Position numbers and translations under genes: made by a program. From Candidatus Methanoperedenaceae archaeon (lineage in GTDB: Archaea; Halobacteriota; Methanosarcinia; Methanosarcinales; Methanoperedenaceae), in the NCBI GenBank assembly GCA_963753595.1, contig CAVWCX010000007.1, positions 32,001 through 96,000 of the forward strand: 64,000 nt of DNA, written 5' to 3'. Shown in pieces: positions 40,992 through 50,104 of the stretch. The stretch's first letter is position 1. Every line of letters starts with the position of its first letter. The notes beneath the pieces are model-generated. The model ran no database searches, was not told where the DNA came from, and saw only the letters and a program-made list of their open reading frames with translations.

Positions 40992-43142
40992 ATGTGTTAT
41001 AAGACAGAAATACGACAAATATTTTACAGCATCTGTGCTCTGCTGCTGCTCTCCGTGGCGGCTTATGGGGCATCGGTTTCTGAAATTGAACCCAATGATG
41101 ATATGGACCATGCTACATCCATAAACGCCGGGGACGTTGCCAATGGCGTAGTGGGGTATGATAACAAAGATTTCTTCAAACTTACTCTGCCGCAGTCGGG
41201 CATAGTTACAGCCAAACTGTCAGGTTATTCTGACTGCCAGTTCGAGGTAACGGTAGTTGATTTTGGCTATGGCTGGGGTATTGGTTCCCTGGTTAGTGAG
41301 AACGGTAAACCTTCCACCATTTCCTTCTCGGCGCCGAAGAATAAACCCGGGTATTTAAGAGTTGGAATAAGGACAGTGTCTGGTGTTTCCGGCGGTGAAG
41401 GCGGCAAATACTGGAGGATAATCCAGTGCAACAAAGACGGACCATACTACACCACACCCGGACCTGCAGGCGAGGCATCCATGACCATCACCACATATGA
41501 AGGTAAACCGGTATATCCACCACTTACCTATCAACTCGATGTCAGCCTTGCAGCATTGCCCGACCAGTACGAACCGAACTATGAGGAGGGTACACCCAAA
41601 GAGGATATGCTTGCCAGAGGGATAATAAAAACCATACCAATAGGCCAGGAAATTACAGCTTACCTGTTTAATGAGCATCCAGCGGTTTTGAAAGGAACAC
41701 CTGGGTATGAAAGCAGTTGGTCATATGGCGGTGAGAATGATGTGGACGTATATCACGTTTCCTTATCACAACCAGGTACGGTTAACGTTCACCTCGGCAA
41801 TTTTCCAGCTAATGCAAACAGTAGAATTATTATAACCCGGCCTGATGGGAACTCGTATGAATCCGCAACTGGAGCAACAGATTTTTCGACGGAAGTGACC
41901 AAACCGGGTAATGTTTTCATCGAGATAAGCAAGGGGAGAGAAACCGGAAACCTTGTTTATTCTACTACCCCCTACAATTTGCTCGTGACTACAGGTGCAG
42001 CAGCAACACCAACCGCCGTACCAACAGTCACATCAACGGTCACACCAACTGTCACGGCGACAGTCACCGCAACAACTACTCCCGCCAAGCCATCCGGCGG
42101 TGAACTTGTTAAAAATGGAGACTTCTCCGGAGGTTTGAACGGCTGGACGATCCAGGAATGGTACAAACCATCTGACGGTAAGGGTGAAGTGACTGAGGTT
42201 TCCGACGGCATCCGCTTCAGAAGCACAAGCGGCAACACCCATATAGGAATAATGCAGACCATCAACTCCGATGTATCAGGATGCAGCGCCTTGAATCTCA
42301 GGGCTGTGATAAAAGCTGATGAGCAGTCGCTTGCAGGCACGGGCTGGAATGGCAGGGAATCCCCAATATCGGTTTTTGCGCGCTACACAGATGTAAACGG
42401 CGTATTGCACGGCAACCTCGGCGAAGATCCTAAAGAACAAAATCGCATGTCATGGGCTGGTTTATATTACATTGACCCGACAGGAAAGAACATTGCGGAT
42501 TTTGGAATAAAGACGCAAAAAGGTGAATGGTACACCTACGAGACTGATCTGATGAAACTTTCGCCCAAACCCAGGACCATTGACATCATCGGCGCAGAGG
42601 GTGCCGGATGGGCAACACGCGACGGCGTGGTTAAGTCCATCAGCCTGAAATGCGTTGCTGTAGCATCTACCGCAAGCCGGACTCCAACACCTTACACACC
42701 TGCAAAAGTAACATATACACCAGTAGTATCAGCAACGGAAACGACAGACTCAGGTGCAAGAGATTTCAGAGTAGCTATATCGCCTACAAGTATGACCGTT
42801 AATCCCGGAGATACTTTGAGGTTGACATTAACAGTTGTGCCAAGCGGAGGATTCAACGAGCCGGTTGAGATCAGTGTCAAAATAAAGGCGCTGGGCCAGG
42901 AACGGGATCTAGGGCAGGTAACGACTATCTATCCACCCTATCAGCCATACGTATTTGAGAACCAGGTTCCGGGTGAAATACCAAAAGGAACAACAATATA
43001 CGGTTATGTAACTGGCAGGGGCGCAGGACTTGAGCGTAATGCTGACACGGTAACTGTCAAAGTTCCCGGCTTTGGGGTATTGGCAATGTTTGTGGCATTA
43101 ATTGCCGTATTCCTGATAAGAAGGAAAAAAGAAAAAGAATAA
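40992..43142 (+). CDS. Large surface protein with PPC-like beta domains, Thr-rich linkers, CBM-like domain and PGF-CTERM
   Basis: Signal peptide; EIEPND / QYEPN / DVDVY motifs; T/V/P-rich linker; LVKNGDFSGG; VPGF + TM + basic tail. Start uncertain (40944-40992). Confidence 0.78.
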   Translation: MCYKTEIRQIFYSICALLLLSVAAYGASVSEIEPNDDMDHATSINAGDVANGVVGYDNKDFFKLTLPQSGIVTAKLSGYSDCQFEVTVVDFGYGWGIGSLVSENGKPSTISFSAPKNKPGYLRVGIRTVSGVSGGEGGKYWRIIQCNKDGPYYTTPGPAGEASMTITTYEGKPVYPPLTYQLDVSLAALPDQYEPNYEEGTPKEDMLARGIIKTIPIGQEITAYLFNEHPAVLKGTPGYESSWSYGGENDVDVYHVSLSQPGTVNVHLGNFPANANSRIIITRPDGNSYESATGATDFSTEVTKPGNVFIEISKGRETGNLVYSTTPYNLLVTTGAAATPTAVPTVTSTVTPTVTATVTATTTPAKPSGGELVKNGDFSGGLNGWTIQEWYKPSDGKGEVTEVSDGIRFRSTSGNTHIGIMQTINSDVSGCSALNLRAVIKADEQSLAGTGWNGRESPISVFARYTDVNGVLHGNLGEDPKEQNRMSWAGLYYIDPTGKNIADFGIKTQKGEWYTYETDLMKLSPKPRTIDIIGAEGAGWATRDGVVKSISLKCVAVASTASRTPTPYTPAKVTYTPVVSATETTDSGARDFRVAISPTSMTVNPGDTLRLTLTVVPSGGFNEPVEISVKIKALGQERDLGQVTTIYPPYQPYVFENQVPGEIPKGTTIYGYVTGRGAGLERNADTVTVKVPGFGVLAMFVALIAVFLIRRKKEKE

Positions 43143-43154
43143 CAAAATACATGT

Positions 43155-43190
43155 GAACTGGAACTTTTTGGTTCCAGTTCTGTTCTTATT
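43155..43190 (+). terminator. Hairpin with T-rich tail after the surface-protein gene
   Basis: GAACTGGAAC-tttttg-GTTCCAGTTC then TGTTCTTATT. Confidence 0.55.
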
Positions 43191-43231
43191 TTATATCCCT
43201 AAATTTATGCTATTCATTATATTGGTGTCGC

Positions 43232-43861
43232 ATGGAAAGTGAAACTTTAATTGCTGCGATCGGCCTGGTATTTGGTTTACTTGGCGCCCTTGCCGGAATT
43301 GGGGCAATGATCTATGCTCTCGGTTATTTTGAGTATCTTGGAGGTAAAAAAAAGTTTACCACTTTACCGGTGAGCAAAGAGAATCTTAAACAGAAACTCC
43401 TTTCCCTCAACTCACCGGAATTACCTTACCAGATAAAGCCCACCGAAGAAACAGACCTGTTTGTGGAATGGAACATTGTGGATGCGACGTGGTATGCGAT
43501 ATTTTCCAAAGAGCGGTTAAGCAAAACTTACCGCGCGTACCTAGTACTGGATGAGTCCCGCAAAGCTGCGCGCTACTGTGAGGAAACTGGAAGCGTGCGG
43601 TGGTATGCTGGTACAGACGGCTCCCTCAAACCGAGTGTGGCTTTTGAGAAAGCATATTTCAGGGGCAGGATCCTTTTCCAGAAATCATGGGAAGTACAGT
43701 ACGGGATAAAGGAAGATGGGACGCTCGGCAAGGTTTATGAGTATAAGTTCGATGTGAACCGCGTTCGAGACCCGATCGTAAAGGCTATTGAAGAGAGCGG
43801 CTGGGAGTTCGTTCCTGTGGTCAGGAAAGAACATGCGACTTATGAGAGCATGAAAAATTAA
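43232..43861 (+). CDS. Hypothetical protein with N-terminal TM anchor
   Basis: 209-aa ORF with N-terminal hydrophobic helix; no motif recognised. Confidence 0.7.
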   Translation: MESETLIAAIGLVFGLLGALAGIGAMIYALGYFEYLGGKKKFTTLPVSKENLKQKLLSLNSPELPYQIKPTEETDLFVEWNIVDATWYAIFSKERLSKTYRAYLVLDESRKAARYCEETGSVRWYAGTDGSLKPSVAFEKAYFRGRILFQKSWEVQYGIKEDGTLGKVYEYKFDVNRVRDPIVKAIEESGWEFVPVVRKEHATYESMKN

Positions 43862-43888
43862 GGTGATGTGCAGCTTATAAAAACCTAT

Positions 43889-44278
43889 TTACCATTTTTC
43901 ACATTTCAATTCTTCGATATCATCAAAATGGCCATCACGAGTAACGAGGATTAGATCATTTTGCATGGCAACAGCAGCTATCCAAATATCATTTTCAGGA
44001 ATAGGTTTTCCTTTATTCAGAAGTTTATTTTTTACAATTCCATACTTATAAGCAGTATCTTTGTCACAATTAAGAATGGTAATACTATCTGCAAAATTTA
44101 ATATTCGTTTTAGATTCGTCTTTGAACGTTTTGACTTGAATGCACCAAAAAATAATTCCCCAAGAACTGTGCTGGAAATAAATACTTCTTCGGCTTTGGA
44201 AAGATGATCTTTTATTGAAGTTTCTCCACTGAAAATAGCAATTACAATATTTGTATCAAGTATAAATCTACCACTCAT
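43889..44278 (-). CDS. VapC PIN-domain toxin
   Basis: ILDTN, GEL, ENDIWIAA, LVTRD.HF. Confidence 0.92.
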   Translation of the reverse strand: MSGRFILDTNIVIAIFSGETSIKDHLSKAEEVFISSTVLGELFFGAFKSKRSKTNLKRILNFADSITILNCDKDTAYKYGIVKNKLLNKGKPIPENDIWIAAVAMQNDLILVTRDGHFDDIEELKCEKW

Positions 44279-44498
44279 TAATATCAACTTTTTCGCACCC
44301 ATTTTCAATTGCTTGAGTCATTTCATTGACTTCATCAGTATTTAATATCCCTGCAAAACGAAGGAGTTTCTTGCCCGAAACGCCTTTTTGCGGTGATGGA
44401 GCTGCTGCTTCAGCCAGATCAAGAATTTTTATTTGTATCTCGAAGGGTAAGCGATCAAGTCGTTTTATTATTTCTCGCCTTTTAAGTTTGGTCATCAT
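44268..44498 (-). CDS. Putative antitoxin (DUF2281-like)
   Basis: Small ORF overlapping VapC start; LLRFAG and AIENGCEKVD motifs. Confidence 0.75.
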   Translation of the reverse strand: MMTKLKRREIIKRLDRLPFEIQIKILDLAEAAAPSPQKGVSGKKLLRFAGILNTDEVNEMTQAIENGCEKVDINEW

Positions 44499-44578
44499 GA
44501 GATAAATCACCAATATATAAATATACTTATTGCATTTTTTGAATATAGCCCTTTCTTAAGAAGAAAAATAAAAGAGTA

Positions 44579-44869
44579 TCACTTATGCGTATAATACGCC
44601 ACTATCTCATCCTCTTCAACGCTATCGATCCTCACAAAGCCAAACCTCTCAAACTGCACCACCTTATCCAGCTCTTTCTCGATCCCTCGCTCGCCAATTC
44701 CCGAATATTCGCCGTCCGGTGAAAGAACCCGCACTTTTAGCCCTCCAAACGGAGCCCAGTGGATGATGCGCGCTTTTTCCTTCTTTACCAGATCCATATC
44801 AGTGCCGATGAATCTGACTGTTAGTGGCGATAATCCTGTGATCTGGATATTATACAGGTCTTTTAAGCG
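44579..44869 (-). pseudogene. gltX: Diverged duplicate of the gltX 3' end (291 bp)
   Basis: Ungapped match to 45810..46100 with about 25 mismatches by hand count, mostly third-position. Confidence 0.92.
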
Positions 44870-44875
44870 AATCTA

Positions 44876-45364
44876 TTATTTCAATATCTTTTGAATATCT
44901 CTAATCCTTGTATTATCTTTCTGTTCGATCTTTAAAATAATTTCTTCCACTTCATTTTTGGTCAAAATACCTGATTCCCATAACGATCTTAAAATAGAAT
45001 GAAGACTTATGGTGATCACACCATTTGCTAATGCAAAAGATATCGCAACTTCATCCATAGATGAGAAAATCCATTTCCTGCTGATGCATATTGAAATTGC
45101 TTCAAGTTCGCCTTTCCCGATGCGTCGATTTGTTCTTAAAAATGTCCTGTATGTTTCTTGTTCTTCATTATCAGGATTTATCACCTTGAAATTCTTGAAG
45201 ATATCCAGGGGAAAAGTGTAGCCGTAATCAATGGGAACGTTGAGCTCACCATAAATTTCAGGAGTTATATAAATTTCATGTTTTGAAAAAAGAGTTTTTA
45301 ATAACGGCAAAGCTTCTATTTTTGCAAAAGCACTAAGTATGTCCGTATCAAAAATAATAATCAT
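44876..45364 (-). CDS. PIN-domain protein (DUF3368-like toxin)
   Basis: IFDTDILS, I.GEL, GKGELEAI, SMDE. Confidence 0.85.
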   Translation of the reverse strand: MIIIFDTDILSAFAKIEALPLLKTLFSKHEIYITPEIYGELNVPIDYGYTFPLDIFKNFKVINPDNEEQETYRTFLRTNRRIGKGELEAISICISRKWIFSSMDEVAISFALANGVITISLHSILRSLWESGILTKNEVEEIILKIEQKDNTRIRDIQKILK

Positions 45365-45366
45365 CT

Positions 45367-45681
45367 TTATCGCTGCAAAATCAAATCGACTTCTTTCTTC
45401 ATTTTTTCACTTGTAGGGGCTTTGATCTTTCGGACTATACCTCTGCTTGAGAGTATTTCTTTGAATCCTTCTCCTGATACTCCAGCAATTTCTGAAGCTC
45501 TGCTCATTGAAATAGTGCCTTTCTTATAAAGTTCCACCGCGATTTCTATTTTAAAAGAGGGTTTGACTTCCAGCAAAGTTCTGACTGCTTCGTCGAGCAA
45601 TTTCTCTTTACTTCCGAAGAATTTTGATTTCGTCAGGATATCAATACTTTCATGGACAAGAGTTTCAGACATATTAACCAA
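45367..45681 (-). CDS. UPF0175-family antitoxin
   Basis: AVELYKKGTISMSRASEIAGVS...F.EIL..RGI. Confidence 0.85.
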   Translation of the reverse strand: MVNMSETLVHESIDILTKSKFFGSKEKLLDEAVRTLLEVKPSFKIEIAVELYKKGTISMSRASEIAGVSGEGFKEILSSRGIVRKIKAPTSEKMKKEVDLILQR

Positions 45682-45809
45682 TGATCATTAATTATGTATG
45701 CTCTCTAATAACTGTTTGGTTTTCATTACGATGATTTCTTTCTAATTGGGCTTATTCGAGTATTTTAAGCATGTTCCTGAGCGCTGTAAACAAAAGGAAA
45801 AATAATTTA

Positions 45810-47510
45810 TCACTTATGCGTATAAAACGCCACTATCTCATCCCCGCTAACGCTATCGATCCTCACAAAACCAAACCTCTCAAACTGTACGACTTTATCC
45901 AGCTCTTTCTCGATCCCGCGCTCGCCAATTCCCGAATATTCGCCGTCCGGTGAAAGAACCCTCACCTTCAGGCCATCAAGCGGAGCCCAGTGGATGATGC
46001 GCGCTTTCTCCTTCTTAACAAGATCCATATCAGTGCCGATGAATCTGGCCGTGAGGGGCGATAATCCTGTGACCTGGATATTATACAGGTCTTTTAAGCG
46101 TAACTTTTCACCATCGGCCAGGTTATCCACGTCGCTCTGGCAGATAAAAATCTTTGTTCCTGCGGGGATCTCTCTCATCCCGCCCCTTGAAGGATGAAGA
46201 GGCGCTTTTGCGACTTTTGGTTCTGCACCCTCAACTTCCAGTTCAACAGGATTCCATACAAAAAAATACCTGTTAGCGACCGGGTCAACAATTTTCCGGT
46301 TCTCAGCATACAATGTATCAAGGCTGATGCTGATATCAGTTTCGCCAAGACCAAGTTCTGTCATGAATTTCCTGAGGGCATCGGGTCGTATGCCGCGCCG
46401 CCTCAATGCCCTTATTGTGGGCACACGCGGGTCATCCCATCCTGTGTATGTTCCGTCAGCTATTGCTTTCTTTAAGCCGCTTGTGCTTAATTTTCCGAAC
46501 TCATGTATCTGTATGCGTCCCCAGTGCATGGTTTCGGGATATTTCCATCCCATGTATTTATAAACATATCGCTGGCGGGTCTCACTGTCAGTGAGGTCTT
46601 TGCCGCGGATAATAAGCGTCGTGCCCAGAAGGTGGTCTTCCACGGCGCCCTCAAAATCAAGGAGCGGCCAGGCATTATATTTGTCAGCGACCTCAGGTCT
46701 CGGGTGCGGGGTCTTAACGATACGAAAGGCGACCCAGTCCCTTATAGCCGGGTCTTTATGTGCTATGTCGGTCTTGATCCGAAGTACTGCTTCCTGCTCT
46801 TTAAATTCACCGGAGAGCATCTTTTTCCATGAGGCAAGATTCTCTCCCGCATCCTGTTCCCTGTGCGGGCAGGCTTTCTTTACATCTTTTAGCGCCTTGA
46901 ACTCTTCCTGCTCGCAGAAACAAACGTATGCTCCGCCTTTTTTAATAAGTTCTTCAGCTACCTCATAATATTTCGGGATCCTGTCAGAGGCAATTATAAC
47001 CTCATCCGGTTTTGCACCGAGCCATTCACAGTCGTCAAGATACCAGTCATACGCTTCAAGCATGGGGCGCTTGGTCGCAGGGTCTGTATCATCAAAACGG
47101 ATGATGAACTTGCCATTATATTTTTTAGTATATTCCGAGTTCACGACTATCCCGCGCGAACTCCCGATGGTAGGCGGACCGTTGGGGTTGGGCGCAAACC
47201 TCATAACAAGCTGTCCTTTAATATCAAGCGGTGGAAGGCCCTTTTCCGGTTCTTTCTTTTCCTTGAGTTCTGCAATGAGTTCAGGAGCGATCCGGTTCAA
47301 TTCCTGCTCCCATGAATCGGAAGACTCCAGGTTTATCTCATCAAGCACTTCTGCTATGAGCGAATTTACTTCTTTTGCCCTTGTCCTGAGTTCTGGCGCG
47401 GCCATTACTTTGCCCATGACCGAACCGGCCTGCGGCAGCTTATTATATTTTACAGCATTCTGCAGCGCGTATTTCTTAATAAGTGTTTTAATATCATCAG
47501 TTGTTAACAT
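45810..47510 (-). CDS. gltX: Glutamyl-tRNA synthetase (archaeal type)
   Basis: RFAPNPNGP, RFDDTDP, IIRGKD, LSTS, GWDDPR, QFERFGF. Confidence 0.97.
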   Translation of the reverse strand: MLTTDDIKTLIKKYALQNAVKYNKLPQAGSVMGKVMAAPELRTRAKEVNSLIAEVLDEINLESSDSWEQELNRIAPELIAELKEKKEPEKGLPPLDIKGQLVMRFAPNPNGPPTIGSSRGIVVNSEYTKKYNGKFIIRFDDTDPATKRPMLEAYDWYLDDCEWLGAKPDEVIIASDRIPKYYEVAEELIKKGGAYVCFCEQEEFKALKDVKKACPHREQDAGENLASWKKMLSGEFKEQEAVLRIKTDIAHKDPAIRDWVAFRIVKTPHPRPEVADKYNAWPLLDFEGAVEDHLLGTTLIIRGKDLTDSETRQRYVYKYMGWKYPETMHWGRIQIHEFGKLSTSGLKKAIADGTYTGWDDPRVPTIRALRRRGIRPDALRKFMTELGLGETDISISLDTLYAENRKIVDPVANRYFFVWNPVELEVEGAEPKVAKAPLHPSRGGMREIPAGTKIFICQSDVDNLADGEKLRLKDLYNIQVTGLSPLTARFIGTDMDLVKKEKARIIHWAPLDGLKVRVLSPDGEYSGIGERGIEKELDKVVQFERFGFVRIDSVSGDEIVAFYTHK

Positions 47511-47606
47511 TGCAGCCTAATTCATCATCCGGGAATATTAAACTTCTGCGAAAAAAGATAGATTTCTTTATTTATTCTGGAGAAATTGATCATCGCAAGG
47601 AAAATC

Positions 47607-47675
47607 AACCACAGAGTCCACAGAGAGCACAGAGCGTTGCCGCTTTTCTCTGTGTACTCTGTGTTCTTTGTGGTT
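47607..47675. repeat. Palindrome built of 3 tandem CACAGAG units (9-nt period) and 3 inverted units
   Basis: CACAGAG at 47610/47619/47628; CTCTGTG at 47648/47657, CTTTGTG at 47666. Confidence 0.9.
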
Positions 47676-47761
47676 TTTCAAAACAGAAGGTAATAAAAAG
47701 TCTCAAAAAAGATTCAATAAAGTTTATATTGATATCATTCATATTCAGGTGAGGTGATACA

Positions 47762-48055
47762 ATGCAGGCTGAGGTTTCAACTCTATTTGGATTAAATATT
47801 TACACGGAAAAAGGAGTATATATTGGAAAAGTTAATGATGTCGTGCTTGAAGTAAACGAGAAAAAAGCTACGGGTCTTGCGGCCACTAAATTAAACCCCA
47901 ATATGTTCGATTCGGGAAGCAAAGGCGTCGTCGTCCCATTCAGGTGGGTTACAGCAGTGGCCGATGTTATTCTCATAAGGCATGTCAAGGACCAGTTCAA
48001 GAAACCAGAAGAAGTAACTGAAGAGTATGATATCGAAGATGAGGAACAATCATAA
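47762..48055 (+). CDS. PRC-barrel domain protein
   Basis: IYTEKGVYIGKVNDV...VPFRWVTAVADVILI; GAGGTGA RBS. Confidence 0.9.
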   Translation: MQAEVSTLFGLNIYTEKGVYIGKVNDVVLEVNEKKATGLAATKLNPNMFDSGSKGVVVPFRWVTAVADVILIRHVKDQFKKPEEVTEEYDIEDEEQS

Positions 48056-48085
48056 ATCTTGAATGATGATTTTTCAGAAAATGAA

Positions 48086-48812
48086 ATGAAAGAGAGGGAA
48101 ATATATTCCCACCTCAAGGTGTTCCCTCCTTTTGCCGTAAGGATCGATGGCAGGGGTTTCCGTCGCGCGCTGGGGTTGCTCGGGCTTTTAAAACCATATG
48201 ATGAAAGATTTGCCCGTGCAATGGCGGATTCTATTGAATTATTTTTTAAGGAAAGCGGCCTGAATCCACTTTTTGCATTCACGTTCTCAGATGAGATATC
48301 CTTCTTTTTCAATGAAATGCCTTATAACAACAGGATCGAGAAAATTGATTCCATTATCCCTGCGTTTGTTTCCTCAGCGCTTACTATCCAGTTGAAGCTT
48401 GAAAACCCTGTCTCTTTTGATTCAAGGATCATCCTCCTTGGAAAAGAAGACATTTATAAATATCTTTTATGGAGACAGGCTGAAACCTGGAGAAATCATA
48501 TGAGTTCCTATGGGTATTACACGCTGTTAAAATCCGGAATGACTGAAAATGAGGCTGCAATGAGCCTGAAAAATATGAAAGCCAGCCAGATCCACGAACT
48601 TGTGTTCAGTCATGGGATCAATCTTGCGGAAACACCATGTTGGCAGCGATGCGGCATAATGGTTTACAGGGAATCGCATGAGAAAACCGGCTTATGATCC
48701 TATAAAACAAAAGGAAGTTAAAACTCAAAGGAGAAGAATAATCCAGGATTGGAAACCACCGATTTTCAAGACCTTTGAAGGAAGAAAGCTTATCGAAAGG
48801 CTTGTTTCATAA
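48086..48812 (+). pseudogene. thg1: tRNA(His) guanylyltransferase Thg1-like, +1 frameshift near 48692 (real or sequencing error)
   Basis: VRIDGRGF, FSDEIS, FDSR, WRQ.E.WRN; conserved-looking YDP...RRR.IQDW tail continues in +1 frame to TAA 48812. Confidence 0.8.
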
Positions 48813-48836
48813 TGTATGCCTTTCCTTTTGTCCTGT

Positions 48837-49502
48837 TCAATATTGAAATAGCGTTTTCTGGTTTCCATCAAATTTCTCTAAAATATTTTTTGAGGTCTCC
48901 CAAGAACTACGGGCAAAAGAAGGAAGGGAATTATGGTCTTTTACCCATTGTTCAAGGAATCTGATAGTTTTCTGGTCGGCAGGATAACCGCTTCCGATTT
49001 CAATCCCCAGTTCGGTTTCGATTTGTTTTATAAGCATGTCCCTGTGTACTTTTGCAAGAATGGAAGCAGCCGATACGACAGGGTATTTGACATCTGCTTT
49101 ATGTTCTGAAGTGATAGTAATTTCTCTTGAATATTTCATCCTGATATTTTCACCAAACCGGTTCGCAATTACATCCGCTGCATCCACAAAAGCGTGATCC
49201 GGTCTTAATTCCTCAAGGACTTTCGTAAATGAGGCGACCATTATTTCATTCATTGTCATTATCTTCCTGAGTTCATCTATCTGTGAAGGGTTCACTTCGA
49301 GGATAAAATATTTTTCAGCTATTTCAATAATTTCCCTGGCCAGTGCTTCACGTTTTTTTGGTGTCAATTGTTTTGAATCCTTAACACCGATCTGTAAAAG
49401 TTCATCCTGTTTTGTTCCATCAAGCAGAATCCCTGCAACGCACATAGGCCCGAGAACCGGGCCTTTTCCTGCTTCGTCGACCCCGGAAATCATCAAAACC
49501 AT
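48837..49502 (-). CDS. rnhB: Ribonuclease HII
   Basis: GVDEAGKGPVLGP, VKDSK, VSAASILAKV, GSGYP. Confidence 0.96.
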   Translation of the reverse strand: MVLMISGVDEAGKGPVLGPMCVAGILLDGTKQDELLQIGVKDSKQLTPKKREALAREIIEIAEKYFILEVNPSQIDELRKIMTMNEIMVASFTKVLEELRPDHAFVDAADVIANRFGENIRMKYSREITITSEHKADVKYPVVSAASILAKVHRDMLIKQIETELGIEIGSGYPADQKTIRFLEQWVKDHNSLPSFARSSWETSKNILEKFDGNQKTLFQY

Positions 49503-50023
49503 TATAAAACCTTATCAGATGATGAAATTTGCGTACCGAAAATGTTTTTCATATATTTGAGAGCGTATTCATAAGACTCTTCATCGATTGAAGCAGTGCA
49601 GTCACGGGGCACGATCGTTTCATACCCTGAAAAATATGCCTGGGCAATGCTATTCTGAACACAGATGTCTGTGCTCACCCCCGTAAAGATCAGGATGTCT
49701 GCATTCATTTGTTTTAATATTTCAGGAAGTTCCACAGAAGCGATGTACTGTTTTTTTTCTATTACGATATCATTTTTTTCAGGCTTAAGCTCCGGAATTA
49801 TCTCGGAGCCCTTACTTCCTTTCATAGCATGTTCACCCCAGATATCCAGTTCCGTATCGGTAGAACTATGTGCATCCTGTAGAAATATTACCGGAACTCC
49901 CAGTTTATGCGCTTTCTTTACAAGAGCGACAACATTCGGGACGATATTCCGGGCTCGTTCACTTCCTAATTTCCCTGTGACGAAATCATTTAGCATATCC
50001 GCAACAATGAGAACTGTTTTCAT
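49502..50023 (-). CDS. Isochorismatase-family cysteine hydrolase (nicotinamidase-like)
   Basis: DMLNDF, DAH, WGEH, TGVSTDICV. Confidence 0.9.
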   Translation of the reverse strand: MKTVLIVADMLNDFVTGKLGSERARNIVPNVVALVKKAHKLGVPVIFLQDAHSSTDTELDIWGEHAMKGSKGSEIIPELKPEKNDIVIEKKQYIASVELPEILKQMNADILIFTGVSTDICVQNSIAQAYFSGYETIVPRDCTASIDEESYEYALKYMKNIFGTQISSSDKVL

Positions 50024-50104
50024 AATCACTCCAAAATTTCATAATCCACATATTATCTAACAGCTAAAGTATTATATAAATTATTATTCATAGTATTCGG
50101 CAAA

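Noticed and set aside
44579-44797. 72-aa ORF as an independent gene
   Set aside because: It is part of the gltX duplicate; homology extends upstream of its Met and there is no separate RBS
47501-47752. 83-aa ORF containing PQSPQRAQS...LCVLCVLCG
   Set aside because: Translation artefact of the 9-nt periodic palindrome
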